Positions 6,554 through 15,206 of a stretch of DNA of 42,865 nt are shown in pieces. The position numbers were made by a program, and so were the translations under genes. The notes beneath the pieces were generated by a model. It was not told where the DNA came from. It ran no database searches and saw nothing but the letters and a program-made list of their open reading frames with translations. The DNA comes from a virus. Taxonomy: Duplodnaviria > Caudoviricetes. The stretch lies in the IMG/VR virus record IMGVR_UViG_3300031605_000006, positions 1 through 42,865 of that record; one strand, written 5' to 3'. The stretch's first letter is position 1. The number at the start of each line of letters is the position of its first letter.

Positions 6554-7707
6554 AGTCCCTAGGTAAAAAGTTGTACCGTAAAAACGGCAATTATAACGGG
6601 CGCGTAAAGTTGCCCTCTGGGAGTTGGACTTTCCGGGCAATAAAAAACCGGGACGGGTCAGAGATCACCTCAGAGACCGCAGCCAGAGACCGTTTAATTA
6701 TTCTCCAAGCAGAGATCAATTCAGGGGAAGTCAGAGAGTCAGAGACTCAGAGAGACTCAGAGAATCAGAGAGTTGATCCAATCCTTGCTGGTTACGCTTC
6801 AGCAGGATTTCCGACGAAGCGATACCAGAGAGTCAGAGAGTCGGTTGACCTGCGGACCTCCTTTGATCACTTGCAGAGGTTCTTTGGGGGACTCATCCCA
6901 GAGAACATTGGACTCCCAGAGTGTGATGATTATGTGGTGTACCGGAAACGGGTTGCCGCAGAGAATGGCAGAGGGACAGGTGAGAGGGTTGCGGAGATTG
7001 ACCTTCAGAACATGTCATCAGCGTTCAACTGGGCAGTTCGCAAGCGTAAGCTGAGAAAGAACCCTATCAGAGAGAGGGAACGCTACCAAGACCCAGCCAC
7101 AGTGGTCCATTGCACGGCCCACATGCCAATGACCTCAGAGGCACTGCATGACATTGCGGCTGAACTCTCCCCGGTCCTGCGGCATCAATGTCTCCTTGAA
7201 GCGTTCACGGGAGGGCGCACAGGCGAGATTTTGAAGCTCAAAGCTGAACCGGAGATAAACACACCGGGATTCTACAATGAGGATTACCTGTGGATAGACA
7301 GGTCGAAGGGCGGCATCAACCCGTTTGTAGTGATGCACGAACCCTTGAAGCGTCTGCTGAGTCATGCCAAAGCGTATCGAGACCAGCACCATCCCCATTC
7401 AGCGTACCTGTTGCCGGGGAAAGATGGGATTAGCTCAGTCCACGGTGACTCATTGACTCAAGCACTGAGGGGAGCTTGCAAGCGAGCAGGACACCCCAAG
7501 GTCATCTCACATGGTTTGAGGGCATTTTATGTTCGGTGTCTGCGGTCCAAGGGACTGAGTGACACTGAGATTGCAATTCGATTGGGACACCGCAGTGGAG
7601 TGCGGCTTATTGAATCAACCTACGGGTTGGCGGAACCCAAGTGGATAGGAGAAAACAAACTGGATTTTATGCCAAAGGATGTCCCCGCGGCATGGGAAAG
7701 GAACTAA
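6550..7707 (+). CDS. int: Tyrosine recombinase (phage integrase)
   Basis: Catalytic R (GGRTGE), HGLR, LGH and TY motifs; attP nearby. Confidence 0.9.
   Translation: MKSLGKKLYRKNGNYNGRVKLPSGSWTFRAIKNRDGSEITSETAARDRLIILQAEINSGEVRESETQRDSENQRVDPILAGYASAGFPTKRYQRVRESVDLRTSFDHLQRFFGGLIPENIGLPECDDYVVYRKRVAAENGRGTGERVAEIDLQNMSSAFNWAVRKRKLRKNPIRERERYQDPATVVHCTAHMPMTSEALHDIAAELSPVLRHQCLLEAFTGGRTGEILKLKAEPEINTPGFYNEDYLWIDRSKGGINPFVVMHEPLKRLLSHAKAYRDQHHPHSAYLLPGKDGISSVHGDSLTQALRGACKRAGHPKVISHGLRAFYVRCLRSKGLSDTEIAIRLGHRSGVRLIESTYGLAEPKWIGENKLDFMPKDVPAAWERN
6732..6773 (+). repeat. Five tandem CAGAGA units inside the integrase gene
   Basis: cagagagt cagagact cagagagact cagagaat cagagagt. Confidence 0.85.
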
Positions 7708-7708
7708 A

Positions 7709-8062
7709 ATGAAAACAATAATAACAATAGCGACGATTGGAATACTCGCGATGGTCTCAGACCCTCCCAAGAGGACGCTGACGGCATCATGGTATGGTGA
7801 ACGGTACAACGGTAGGAAAACGGCTTCAGGGCAGGTTTTTGATGCCGCAAAGCATACGGCAGCAAGCTGGGACTATCCGCTGGGGACGAAACTCCGCATC
7901 TGGAATGGACCCCGGTTTGTAGTTGTAACGGTTAACGACCGGGGACCGGCGAAGAGGTTACTGAAGACCAGACAACTTGATTTGTCTTGGGCAGCTTTCT
8001 CGCGCCTAGCTGATCCAGACGCAGGACTCCTGCACAATCTGAAGGTGGAGGTGATGAAATGA
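7709..8062 (+). CDS. RlpA-like lytic transglycosylase (double-psi beta-barrel) with an N-terminal hydrophobic segment
   Basis: ASWYG...GRKTASG..FD....TAA...P.GT...VTVNDRGP...LDLSWAAF; ATG at 7709 follows AGGAACTAAA. Confidence 0.85.
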   Translation: MKTIITIATIGILAMVSDPPKRTLTASWYGERYNGRKTASGQVFDAAKHTAASWDYPLGTKLRIWNGPRFVVVTVNDRGPAKRLLKTRQLDLSWAAFSRLADPDAGLLHNLKVEVMK

Positions 8063-8421
8063 GCAAAAAAATAGCAGATTGGCAGAAGATTGCTGCCCGG
8101 AAGAACATTGATGGGTTCGTTGGCAAAGCAGGGAGGTGGACCCTCTGCATTAACGATGTTAATGATGCGTCATTCGGGCATGCCGGTGACAGTGTTTACA
8201 AGGACGGTCGCGTCCTGACCTTCCATGACTCTGAGATTGTCAGGGAGCAGTGGCCGATTGGCCAACAGGTGAGTGGTTACTACATCCGGACCCTACTTGA
8301 GGACAGGGAGCAACTGGAAGAGGGAGGACTCAACCTTGAGGGTGGAGTTGAAGCTTGGAGTGCTACCCCAAGTGAAATGAAAAAGGTGTTCAAGTTGATA
8401 GACAAGGAGTCTCCTTCCTGA
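8059..8421 (+). CDS. Hypothetical protein
   Basis: GGAGG RBS; ATGA coupling. Confidence 0.75.
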   Translation: MSKKIADWQKIAARKNIDGFVGKAGRWTLCINDVNDASFGHAGDSVYKDGRVLTFHDSEIVREQWPIGQQVSGYYIRTLLEDREQLEEGGLNLEGGVEAWSATPSEMKKVFKLIDKESPS

Positions 8422-8436
8422 GTCACCGGACACTTC

Positions 8437-8464
8437 AAGACCCTCTTCGGAGGGTCTTTTTTTT
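8437..8464 (+). terminator. Intrinsic terminator ending the early operon
   Basis: AGACCCTC-TTCG-GAGGGTCT followed by a T run. Confidence 0.9.
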
Positions 8465-8470
8465 GCCTAT

Positions 8471-8707
8471 TCGTCTACCAACTCGTCTACTCGCCCGATT
8501 TGGTAAGGTGTCAGTAAGGTGTCGATTGGCTGAAAGTAACTGTAGCCATTGGGGGAAAGATGGCGGGAGTGACGAGACTTGAACTCGCAACCTCCTGCGT
8601 GACAGGTACTCAGTGAGTGAGAGCAGTCAATGTTTATAGGGCCAAAACCAATTCAAGTATTACCCAAAGTAGACGAATACGTCTACAACTCGTCTACTCC
8701 CGTCTAC
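8471..8707. repeat. Integrase arm-type site candidates (CGTCTAC) flanking the attP core
   Basis: Copies at 8471, 8483, 8669 (inverted), 8679, 8690 and 8700; GTAAGGTGTC twice at 8503-8523. Confidence 0.7.
8561..8606 (-). other. attP core: 3' half of tRNA-Asp(GTC)
   Basis: Minus strand reads CCTGTCACGCAGGAGGTTGCGAGTTCAAGTCTCGTCACTCCCGCCA: anticodon loop, T-arm and CCA, with no 5' half. Confidence 0.88.
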
Positions 8708-9221
8708 CGTCACCCATTGCGTCAATCTCTTTAAGGTCGTCAACAGTGAATTGACTGATCTGATCGACCCCAGACTTCAACGCTCTCATCAAAGTCTCCT
8801 CCGGGTAGTCATTTTTTATGGCGTCAATTTTGTCGGCGAGGTTAGTGAACTGCTCACCGTATTTTGTCCCCTTACGATTCCGCAGTTCCGCAAGCATCTC
8901 AGAGATAGGGTCATCAGATGCAGAGTCATCAGATGCAGGGGGTTTTGCCGCAGCGATCTGAACCCCCAGGTCAGAGACATCCTTGTCGTACTTTGTCACC
9001 TTCTTATCGAACTCATCAACCCCCTTGCTGTAACTCGCCAGAGAGTCCCCGATGGTCGCCAGTTGCTTGTCTATGGCAGAGAGTTGGGCAGACACACCCT
9101 CAGTGTCCCCAGATTGCGGCTGAGAGGGTTTTTTCTTCCCTTTGCCCCGATGACGCTGACTGCCCTTTGGCGAGCGCGTGGGGGTGCTTGTGCCTCCCGT
9201 GTTCTTGAATATGCTACTCAT
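8694..9221 (-). CDS. Hypothetical coiled-coil protein, last gene of the late operon
   Basis: Overlaps the upstream stop; ends within the att arm repeats. Confidence 0.7.
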   Translation of the reverse strand: MSSIFKNTGGTSTPTRSPKGSQRHRGKGKKKPSQPQSGDTEGVSAQLSAIDKQLATIGDSLASYSKGVDEFDKKVTKYDKDVSDLGVQIAAAKPPASDDSASDDPISEMLAELRNRKGTKYGEQFTNLADKIDAIKNDYPEETLMRALKSGVDQISQFTVDDLKEIDAMGDGRRE

Positions 9222-12200
9222 TGTCTATCATCTGTTGAAACTCATCATTGGGTTTGATGCCCTGCTCTTTCCGCATGGCATCCAGATACATCCAGAACTC
9301 CTCCGGTCCATCCATGTCCTCTGCTGCTGCGCGGAGTACGGGAGCAGTTAAGAGCAACGACTTGTAGAGCATTGGCATCTCACCCCATTGGTAGGAACTT
9401 GCTGCCCATTTCCGCAGAGACTTTGAGGAGACAATTGCCGATGCCAACCAATACTTGCTGAGTTCGTACCCTGCACCTATCTTGCTGGTCCCACTGTCCG
9501 CTAGAATCTTCCGCATCAGACCACCGCCGACCAGAGAACCCGCCACTCCACCAAGTTCATCTCTCTTCTCAATACCCGCAGAGATTTGACCTATGGATTT
9601 AATCATAACAAGTTGTTCAGGGTCTAGTATTGTTTCATAAAACTCCTTCTTGTCTTCCAGTTCCTTGGCCAAGTTCTTTCCACTGACAACCTGTGAAGGG
9701 ACTCCAGAGTAACCTTCGTCAATCTCTTTCCCTTTGATACCCCAACCTCTTGTGGCGATAAATTTTGTATCTCCCTTGCGCGGGTCTACGGTCTTCTTAA
9801 AGAGCTTAACGATTACTTTCCGCTGTATCTCCTCTGCCATCCGATCCCCGTCTGGCATGGACTTAACCCTGTCCATGAAACCCTCAATCGCACCTTTATT
9901 TTGCCCTCGCTCAATGAACCGATCAACCAACCTGTCAACCGGGACGTTCTCAAGCGCACCATCATCCCCCTGCATGAAGGGTCCGATTATATCATTCTTG
10001 AGTTGGTTATCCCGCGCCTTCTGCAAATCAACGTACTCACTCAACGCCTTTCGGGTTGTTGTTCGCTGCCCCAGGTAATCCATAATCAAATCCCTGTCCA
10101 AAACTAAATCCTGCTTTTTCGCTTCTTGCATCAGGTTGGATATTTTCTGAACCTTGGGCAGTTTCCCGCCAAACGCTTCCTTGACGATGTTTGGCGCTTT
10201 GTCCCCAACCTTGGCTAGATTTTTAATTAACTGACCAGCGTCCACCTGTCTCCCAAAAGGGTCAATGGTGGACTTGGATATGATTCCATCAACATACGAA
10301 AGCTTCAGTGACTCCCAAGCATTCAGCATCTCCTTTGAAGGTGCTTCTGTTACCCCTTTGGAGTTCTTCATGCCCTTGGTGAAATAATCACGCAGGTTGT
10401 TCCACATGTCTCCATCACTCTTCTCAATAAGTTCGTTGACAATTGCCATGTCACCCAGATACCCAGATTGGTCCGGGGTCTTAAAATACTTGGCAACGCG
10501 AAGATCACGGAACTGACTGTGGTTATTCCGGTAAAGTGAGTTTGCTTCCTTTAGCGCATTCTTGAGTTGCTTGTCTGGAATCTTGTCAACCCCCTTCTCG
10601 ATGGACTTCGTAATTGCTGAACTAATTCTGCGAAGGTTCGCTGAACCCACTCCGGGCATTGCCGTGTTGTCGCGAATGGCATCGTTGACAACGGTCCGCA
10701 TGGTCCGCAACTGACTCAGGGTTTGCTTCTCCCCAAGACTCTGCATATTGAGGAACTTCCTTAAACTGTCGGGATAATACGCAGGATGGATGTTCTCTCC
10801 CTTCGCGTTTTTCCCAATGACCTGACTCAGTTCACCGAACTCGTCATAACCCATGTCCTCCGCTTCATCTACGATGGTCTGGACGTTTGCCCCGCTCTTG
10901 TCCTTGTGGACTGCGGTTTTCTTGTAAGACTTGACACCAGACGCAACCGTTGACTCTGTGTCCTCGACAATTGTGCGGACAAGCTTCCCTTTCTTGTCGA
11001 ACACATTCCTTGTCTTGGTCCCCAGCTTGGTTGTTGGTGTCGGGGCGACACTCATCGTCGGCAGGTTCTTCTCAATGTCTGCCGCAACCCTCTTGATCTC
11101 GTCCGTGTTGAATATCCTGCCCCCGTCCTTCTGTTGGGACGCTAGGTTCTCCACATTGTCATAAAGCGCACTCCACCTTTTCTTCGCTACATCCCGCTTA
11201 TTGACCACTGCCGCACGGACCATTGCCCCCACCTTGTCACGGGCAAGACCCCCATCCTTTCCAGCTTGGCCAAGCAGGGTTTCCTTTATTTCAGCGGAAC
11301 CAATTTGCTGCACGTTCCACTTCGCCTTCTTAACCTTCTTTCCTGACTCGTTAAGAACCTCCTGCATATTGGCAACAATCTTCGCCCCAATGTCGTAATC
11401 AGTTGGTAGTTTCTCCTTTCCTACCACCACATTCATTGCGTCAGAAAGAGTCTTTATGAGTTCTTTTTCACTTTTCCCTAATGGTCCTGACCCAGACAGA
11501 ACCTTGCCCACAAATGTCTCACCACGGGCAAGCATCTGGTTTCCTGTGGTCGCACCAACCGGAAGATGGTCGAGAATCTTTACATGCTTGCCGGTGGCAG
11601 GGTCCACAAGTTTACTCTCCATATAGAGAGCAGCAGCAATCATATCGTTTTCTATCTCTCCCCTGCCGCGAGCAAACGGGTTCTTGACCATGTTCTTTGC
11701 CCTGTTGATTGCAGCACCCGCACCCTCCATCACTCCTCCGGTGGCAGTGTCTATCAGACCCATCTTCAGACGATGCTCAACGATTTCTCCGGGGTTTATC
11801 CGGTCCCAGATGTCGCCCAACCCTTCATTGGTCAAATTCCAATCGTCGGGCATGTCTTGAAATCTGGTTGAAACATCAGCAATGCCCCCGGCGGTTTGCC
11901 CTCCCGCTGCGGCAATTGCAGATTGCGTCAAAAAGTGTTTTGTTTTGCCTAACCAACCTTTTGGCATCATGGCTTTGCCTCCGGCTCGCCCCCGGCTTGC
12001 CGCAATGAGCGAGACAATTGAACCCACAACCTCTGGGATCACAGAACTCATGTCGGAAAGGTCTTTCAAGGTTAGATTGTCCTCGTCCACAAGAACATCC
12101 CTCTCCTTGCCGGTGTCTGAATCCAGCACCCTTACAACGGGAGTGTCACCGACCATTCGGACAGTGTTCTTCCCGTACCCAAGTGTATCCTCCAGGTAAT

Positions 12201-12456
12201 TTATTTGATCTTCCTCGGTGCGACGAAAAGATAACCCCGCACGTTCCAGCCCACTCAATGGCGACTCGTCAACAGAGATCGGTGTGCCGTCAGATGACAC
12301 ATACTTTGCCTCTGATGCTTCCCTTCTCCTGTCTGCTATTGTCCTTTGTCTTTGTCCTGCCGCAGAGATGTTAAGGTCGGGTGGTTGGTTCCGGTTGGTC
12401 GTGGAGGAACCTGCCCCCATTATCATCTGTTCAAATTCTTCAAGTTCCGTGGGCAT
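9214..12456 (-). CDS. Large internal virion (DNA ejection) protein
   Basis: 1080 aa, helical, Gly/Ala-rich hydrophobic segments; typical podovirus position. Confidence 0.65.
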   Translation of the reverse strand: MPTELEEFEQMIMGAGSSTTNRNQPPDLNISAAGQRQRTIADRRREASEAKYVSSDGTPISVDESPLSGLERAGLSFRRTEEDQINYLEDTLGYGKNTVRMVGDTPVVRVLDSDTGKERDVLVDEDNLTLKDLSDMSSVIPEVVGSIVSLIAASRGRAGGKAMMPKGWLGKTKHFLTQSAIAAAGGQTAGGIADVSTRFQDMPDDWNLTNEGLGDIWDRINPGEIVEHRLKMGLIDTATGGVMEGAGAAINRAKNMVKNPFARGRGEIENDMIAAALYMESKLVDPATGKHVKILDHLPVGATTGNQMLARGETFVGKVLSGSGPLGKSEKELIKTLSDAMNVVVGKEKLPTDYDIGAKIVANMQEVLNESGKKVKKAKWNVQQIGSAEIKETLLGQAGKDGGLARDKVGAMVRAAVVNKRDVAKKRWSALYDNVENLASQQKDGGRIFNTDEIKRVAADIEKNLPTMSVAPTPTTKLGTKTRNVFDKKGKLVRTIVEDTESTVASGVKSYKKTAVHKDKSGANVQTIVDEAEDMGYDEFGELSQVIGKNAKGENIHPAYYPDSLRKFLNMQSLGEKQTLSQLRTMRTVVNDAIRDNTAMPGVGSANLRRISSAITKSIEKGVDKIPDKQLKNALKEANSLYRNNHSQFRDLRVAKYFKTPDQSGYLGDMAIVNELIEKSDGDMWNNLRDYFTKGMKNSKGVTEAPSKEMLNAWESLKLSYVDGIISKSTIDPFGRQVDAGQLIKNLAKVGDKAPNIVKEAFGGKLPKVQKISNLMQEAKKQDLVLDRDLIMDYLGQRTTTRKALSEYVDLQKARDNQLKNDIIGPFMQGDDGALENVPVDRLVDRFIERGQNKGAIEGFMDRVKSMPDGDRMAEEIQRKVIVKLFKKTVDPRKGDTKFIATRGWGIKGKEIDEGYSGVPSQVVSGKNLAKELEDKKEFYETILDPEQLVMIKSIGQISAGIEKRDELGGVAGSLVGGGLMRKILADSGTSKIGAGYELSKYWLASAIVSSKSLRKWAASSYQWGEMPMLYKSLLLTAPVLRAAAEDMDGPEEFWMYLDAMRKEQGIKPNDEFQQMIDNE

Positions 12457-12459
12457 GAC

Positions 12460-14013
12460 TTACTTTGTTGTGTTGCGTAGTGCTTTCAGTTTCGCTTTGT
12501 ATTTGGCTGGATACATCATCTTCACCCTGTCCTTTATCTCTTGCAGATCATCGGCAGATGTCCCCTGCAATTGACCAAGAACATCTTCCAGCGACAGACC
12601 CAGCCAAGCGGCGTAGTCCGGGTGCATCCTTCCCATCCACTGTTCCGCATCAATGATGTCCATTGTGCCGTCCTCAACCTCCTCGCGAATCATTGAGGGT
12701 GTCTTTGCAAAGTCAGGGTAGTCTGGTCTGCCCAGTTCCCTCAACTTCTGCCTGGCGTTTCTCTGGAACGTCTCGCGCACCAACCCCATGCTGGTCGTTG
12801 CCTTTGCATAGGTTGTCCACATGTCCGGGTTTGCCGTTATCTTCTCAATGGCATTTCTGTCAGGAACACTGAACCTTGTGTCCCCGGACACAGACCGCAA
12901 GACCTCCTCAGACCAAAGTCTCATTGCCTGACGGGTCTTAATTCTTTTCCCTGCGGTTTTCCTTATTTCACTGTTGTTGGGAAACCAATCAACTAGGAAA
13001 TTATCTATGAGCGTTTCACTCAGTTGACCTTGAACACCCAGTTGGCTTGGCTTGATCTTGTCAAGGAAAGTGTCAAGAGAACCTACGCCCCTCTCGAATG
13101 CGAAAAGGTACTTCTCAGATTCTGCTTTTTGAGACATGGAAATCCCAATGCCCGTTGATTCTTCATATATTATATTGCCGTTCTCATCCCTTATGATGCG
13201 AGTTGAACCACTTGGAGTCACCTTCCTGTGTGCCGCTTCCTCCAAGTGCTTGAGAATGTTTTGAGCATTGAGGTTGTCAGGGTCTGCGGCAACAAGTGCT
13301 TTGGCTTCAGCAAGGTCTTTCGCAAGAATTGCTTCTGGTGATTTCCTGTCCTCTTCAGAGGGTAGGTTCATCACCTGCTTTTTGCCATTAACATCAAACC
13401 CAATCAGACCCTTTGGCAGTTCAACCTTGTTGCCATCCCGGTCAACACCTGACGTGGTTACGCCTATGGGGAGATCGTGCATGAACTCCGACCTCATGCC
13501 GTCCACTCTTCCGGTGAGTTCCTTCCTGTCCTCTCTGGACAGGTCATACCGCATCACATAGCGTTCCCTCTCCTTGAGTTCTTCAAGGTTCTCAACTGCG
13601 TTTCCATCAAAAGGTTTAAGCAGCACCTCGTTGGCAACATTCAGGAACTCCCCGGAATACTTTATATTCTCATCCTCGGCTAAATCACTTGCAACTTTTT
13701 TAAGCGTCAACCCTGTCTGGAATGCCGGGAGCAACCTTGACTTGGCTGAATCAGTTAAACCCTTGTATTCATCTCTGGAAACCTTGTTCCACTTGAGGAT
13801 TTCATCCCCCATATCGGAGTTGATGTACTGGTCAGCAACAGCCGCACTGTCCTTCTCCTTCTTGGTCTGCACATACCTCTCAGTAATTGCATTGCCGACC
13901 TTCTCACCTGCACTGGCAAGACCCCTAGCGACTGCTCCTGTGTCTATTTGTGCAAACAGACCTGAAAGATCGGTTGCCGCTGGACCTCCTTGGAAAAAAT
14001 TATATTTAGCCAT
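12460..14013 (-). CDS. Internal virion/ejection protein (start MAKYNF)
   Basis: Synteny; helical and charged. Confidence 0.6.
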   Translation of the reverse strand: MAKYNFFQGGPAATDLSGLFAQIDTGAVARGLASAGEKVGNAITERYVQTKKEKDSAAVADQYINSDMGDEILKWNKVSRDEYKGLTDSAKSRLLPAFQTGLTLKKVASDLAEDENIKYSGEFLNVANEVLLKPFDGNAVENLEELKERERYVMRYDLSREDRKELTGRVDGMRSEFMHDLPIGVTTSGVDRDGNKVELPKGLIGFDVNGKKQVMNLPSEEDRKSPEAILAKDLAEAKALVAADPDNLNAQNILKHLEEAAHRKVTPSGSTRIIRDENGNIIYEESTGIGISMSQKAESEKYLFAFERGVGSLDTFLDKIKPSQLGVQGQLSETLIDNFLVDWFPNNSEIRKTAGKRIKTRQAMRLWSEEVLRSVSGDTRFSVPDRNAIEKITANPDMWTTYAKATTSMGLVRETFQRNARQKLRELGRPDYPDFAKTPSMIREEVEDGTMDIIDAEQWMGRMHPDYAAWLGLSLEDVLGQLQGTSADDLQEIKDRVKMMYPAKYKAKLKALRNTTK

Positions 14014-14017
14014 TATC

Positions 14018-14851
14018 CTAGCTCCACCTGCCGCCCTCGCCAAAGCCCGGAGCCAGCACATTGCTTACTGCACTCAGCCCCGCACCCCACATTTGGTTCT
14101 TGGCGTTTGCCTTGGCAATGTTGTAACCCATTTCACCTTGTAGATTCTGGTTGTGCAATGACCCAGCATACTGGGATTCTGCGTTGAACAACTGACCGGG
14201 GTTAAACGATGCACCCTGACCAAACACTCCGCTGCTGACACCCGCACCAACCGTGCTGGGTCTTCCTGTTATCATCAGTGCGGCATCTGCTCCAGTTGCT
14301 TTGTTGATACCTGACATCTGCGCCGCTTGTGCAAACCCCTGCTGCTTGCGTCTCTCGCGACCTTCCTGCACTATAAGTTCCTCAATGCCCAATGCACCTA
14401 TGTCCCCAGGTGAGATGCCTCTTGCTCCAAGGTTTGCCCTTGGGCTTTGCCGCAGTTGTCTCTCACTGTAAGCATCAAGCTCGCCTCCCCTGTCGAGGTC
14501 TGCCATCACGTTCTTGTTCATCTTATCAAGCAACGCTTGCTGGGCCGGATCGCTTCCACGAATGGCATCAACTGCCCTCTTGCCGTAGGTCTCGATGTCC
14601 TCAACGTCCGCTCCGCGCCGCATCCTTGCAGTGTCAATGTCCTGCTGCTGCAACTGCGGGCCGAGTTCACCCATCATCTCGACGATCTGCGGTGAGATCA
14701 TCTTGGCAATATCAACATCGTTTTGTGCGAACCTCTTCGCCCACTCCTCCTGAAGCGGCCCCAGCCGCTTCATCGCCATCTCTTGAGCGTTGATGTTCTC
14801 CGTGTACTCTTCTGACAGGTTTCTGTCTTTATGTCTTTTTGGACTGCTCAT
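14018..14851 (-). CDS. Internal virion/DNA pilot-like protein
   Basis: Gln/Ala/Gly-rich with a C-terminal GAGLSAV segment; synteny. Confidence 0.55.
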   Translation of the reverse strand: MSSPKRHKDRNLSEEYTENINAQEMAMKRLGPLQEEWAKRFAQNDVDIAKMISPQIVEMMGELGPQLQQQDIDTARMRRGADVEDIETYGKRAVDAIRGSDPAQQALLDKMNKNVMADLDRGGELDAYSERQLRQSPRANLGARGISPGDIGALGIEELIVQEGRERRKQQGFAQAAQMSGINKATGADAALMITGRPSTVGAGVSSGVFGQGASFNPGQLFNAESQYAGSLHNQNLQGEMGYNIAKANAKNQMWGAGLSAVSNVLAPGFGEGGRWS

Positions 14852-15206
14852 TTTTCGTTATCCTTATTGCTCTCTCAAATCCTTTCCAAGTGTACCACCT
14901 GTCCTTGTCATCCTTATCTTGTCGGTGGAACAAAATCCATTGCAGCTTGAACGGTGCAAGATCGAGAAACCTCTCAAGCTTCCCGACTGCCAAGTAGCAA
15001 AACCATGTGTCATATTCCTTGGGATTGTATGTGAACTTCTCATCTAAAACAAAACTGGCATACCTTCTCGTAATAGGTCGGGCCATAATGAATGTATCTT
15101 CTCCTGAATAAACATATCCTCTGGTCAGGTAATAGCGTAAATCGTCGTTGAGGGTCGTTTGGCATGACTTATCATAGAATTGAAGCGCATTTGCTATGGG
15201 TCTCAT
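14829..15206 (-). CDS. Small virion-assembly protein, possibly GNAT-like (start MRPIAN)
   Basis: ATGA coupling at 15203-15206; position before the ejection genes. Confidence 0.5.
   Translation of the reverse strand: MRPIANALQFYDKSCQTTLNDDLRYYLTRGYVYSGEDTFIMARPITRRYASFVLDEKFTYNPKEYDTWFCYLAVGKLERFLDLAPFKLQWILFHRQDKDDKDRWYTWKGFERAIRITKNEQSKKT

Noticed and set aside
3805-7708. AGGAACTAAA as merely a Shine-Dalgarno sequence
   Set aside because: Only AGGA matches the usual anti-SD. The conserved ACTAAA extension and its exact complement in the 2881 element need another explanation, though a host-specific translation enhancer is not excluded
8561-8640. Complete phage tRNA-Asp gene
   Set aside because: The 5' acceptor strand, D-arm and most of the 5' anticodon stem are absent; it fits an attP core
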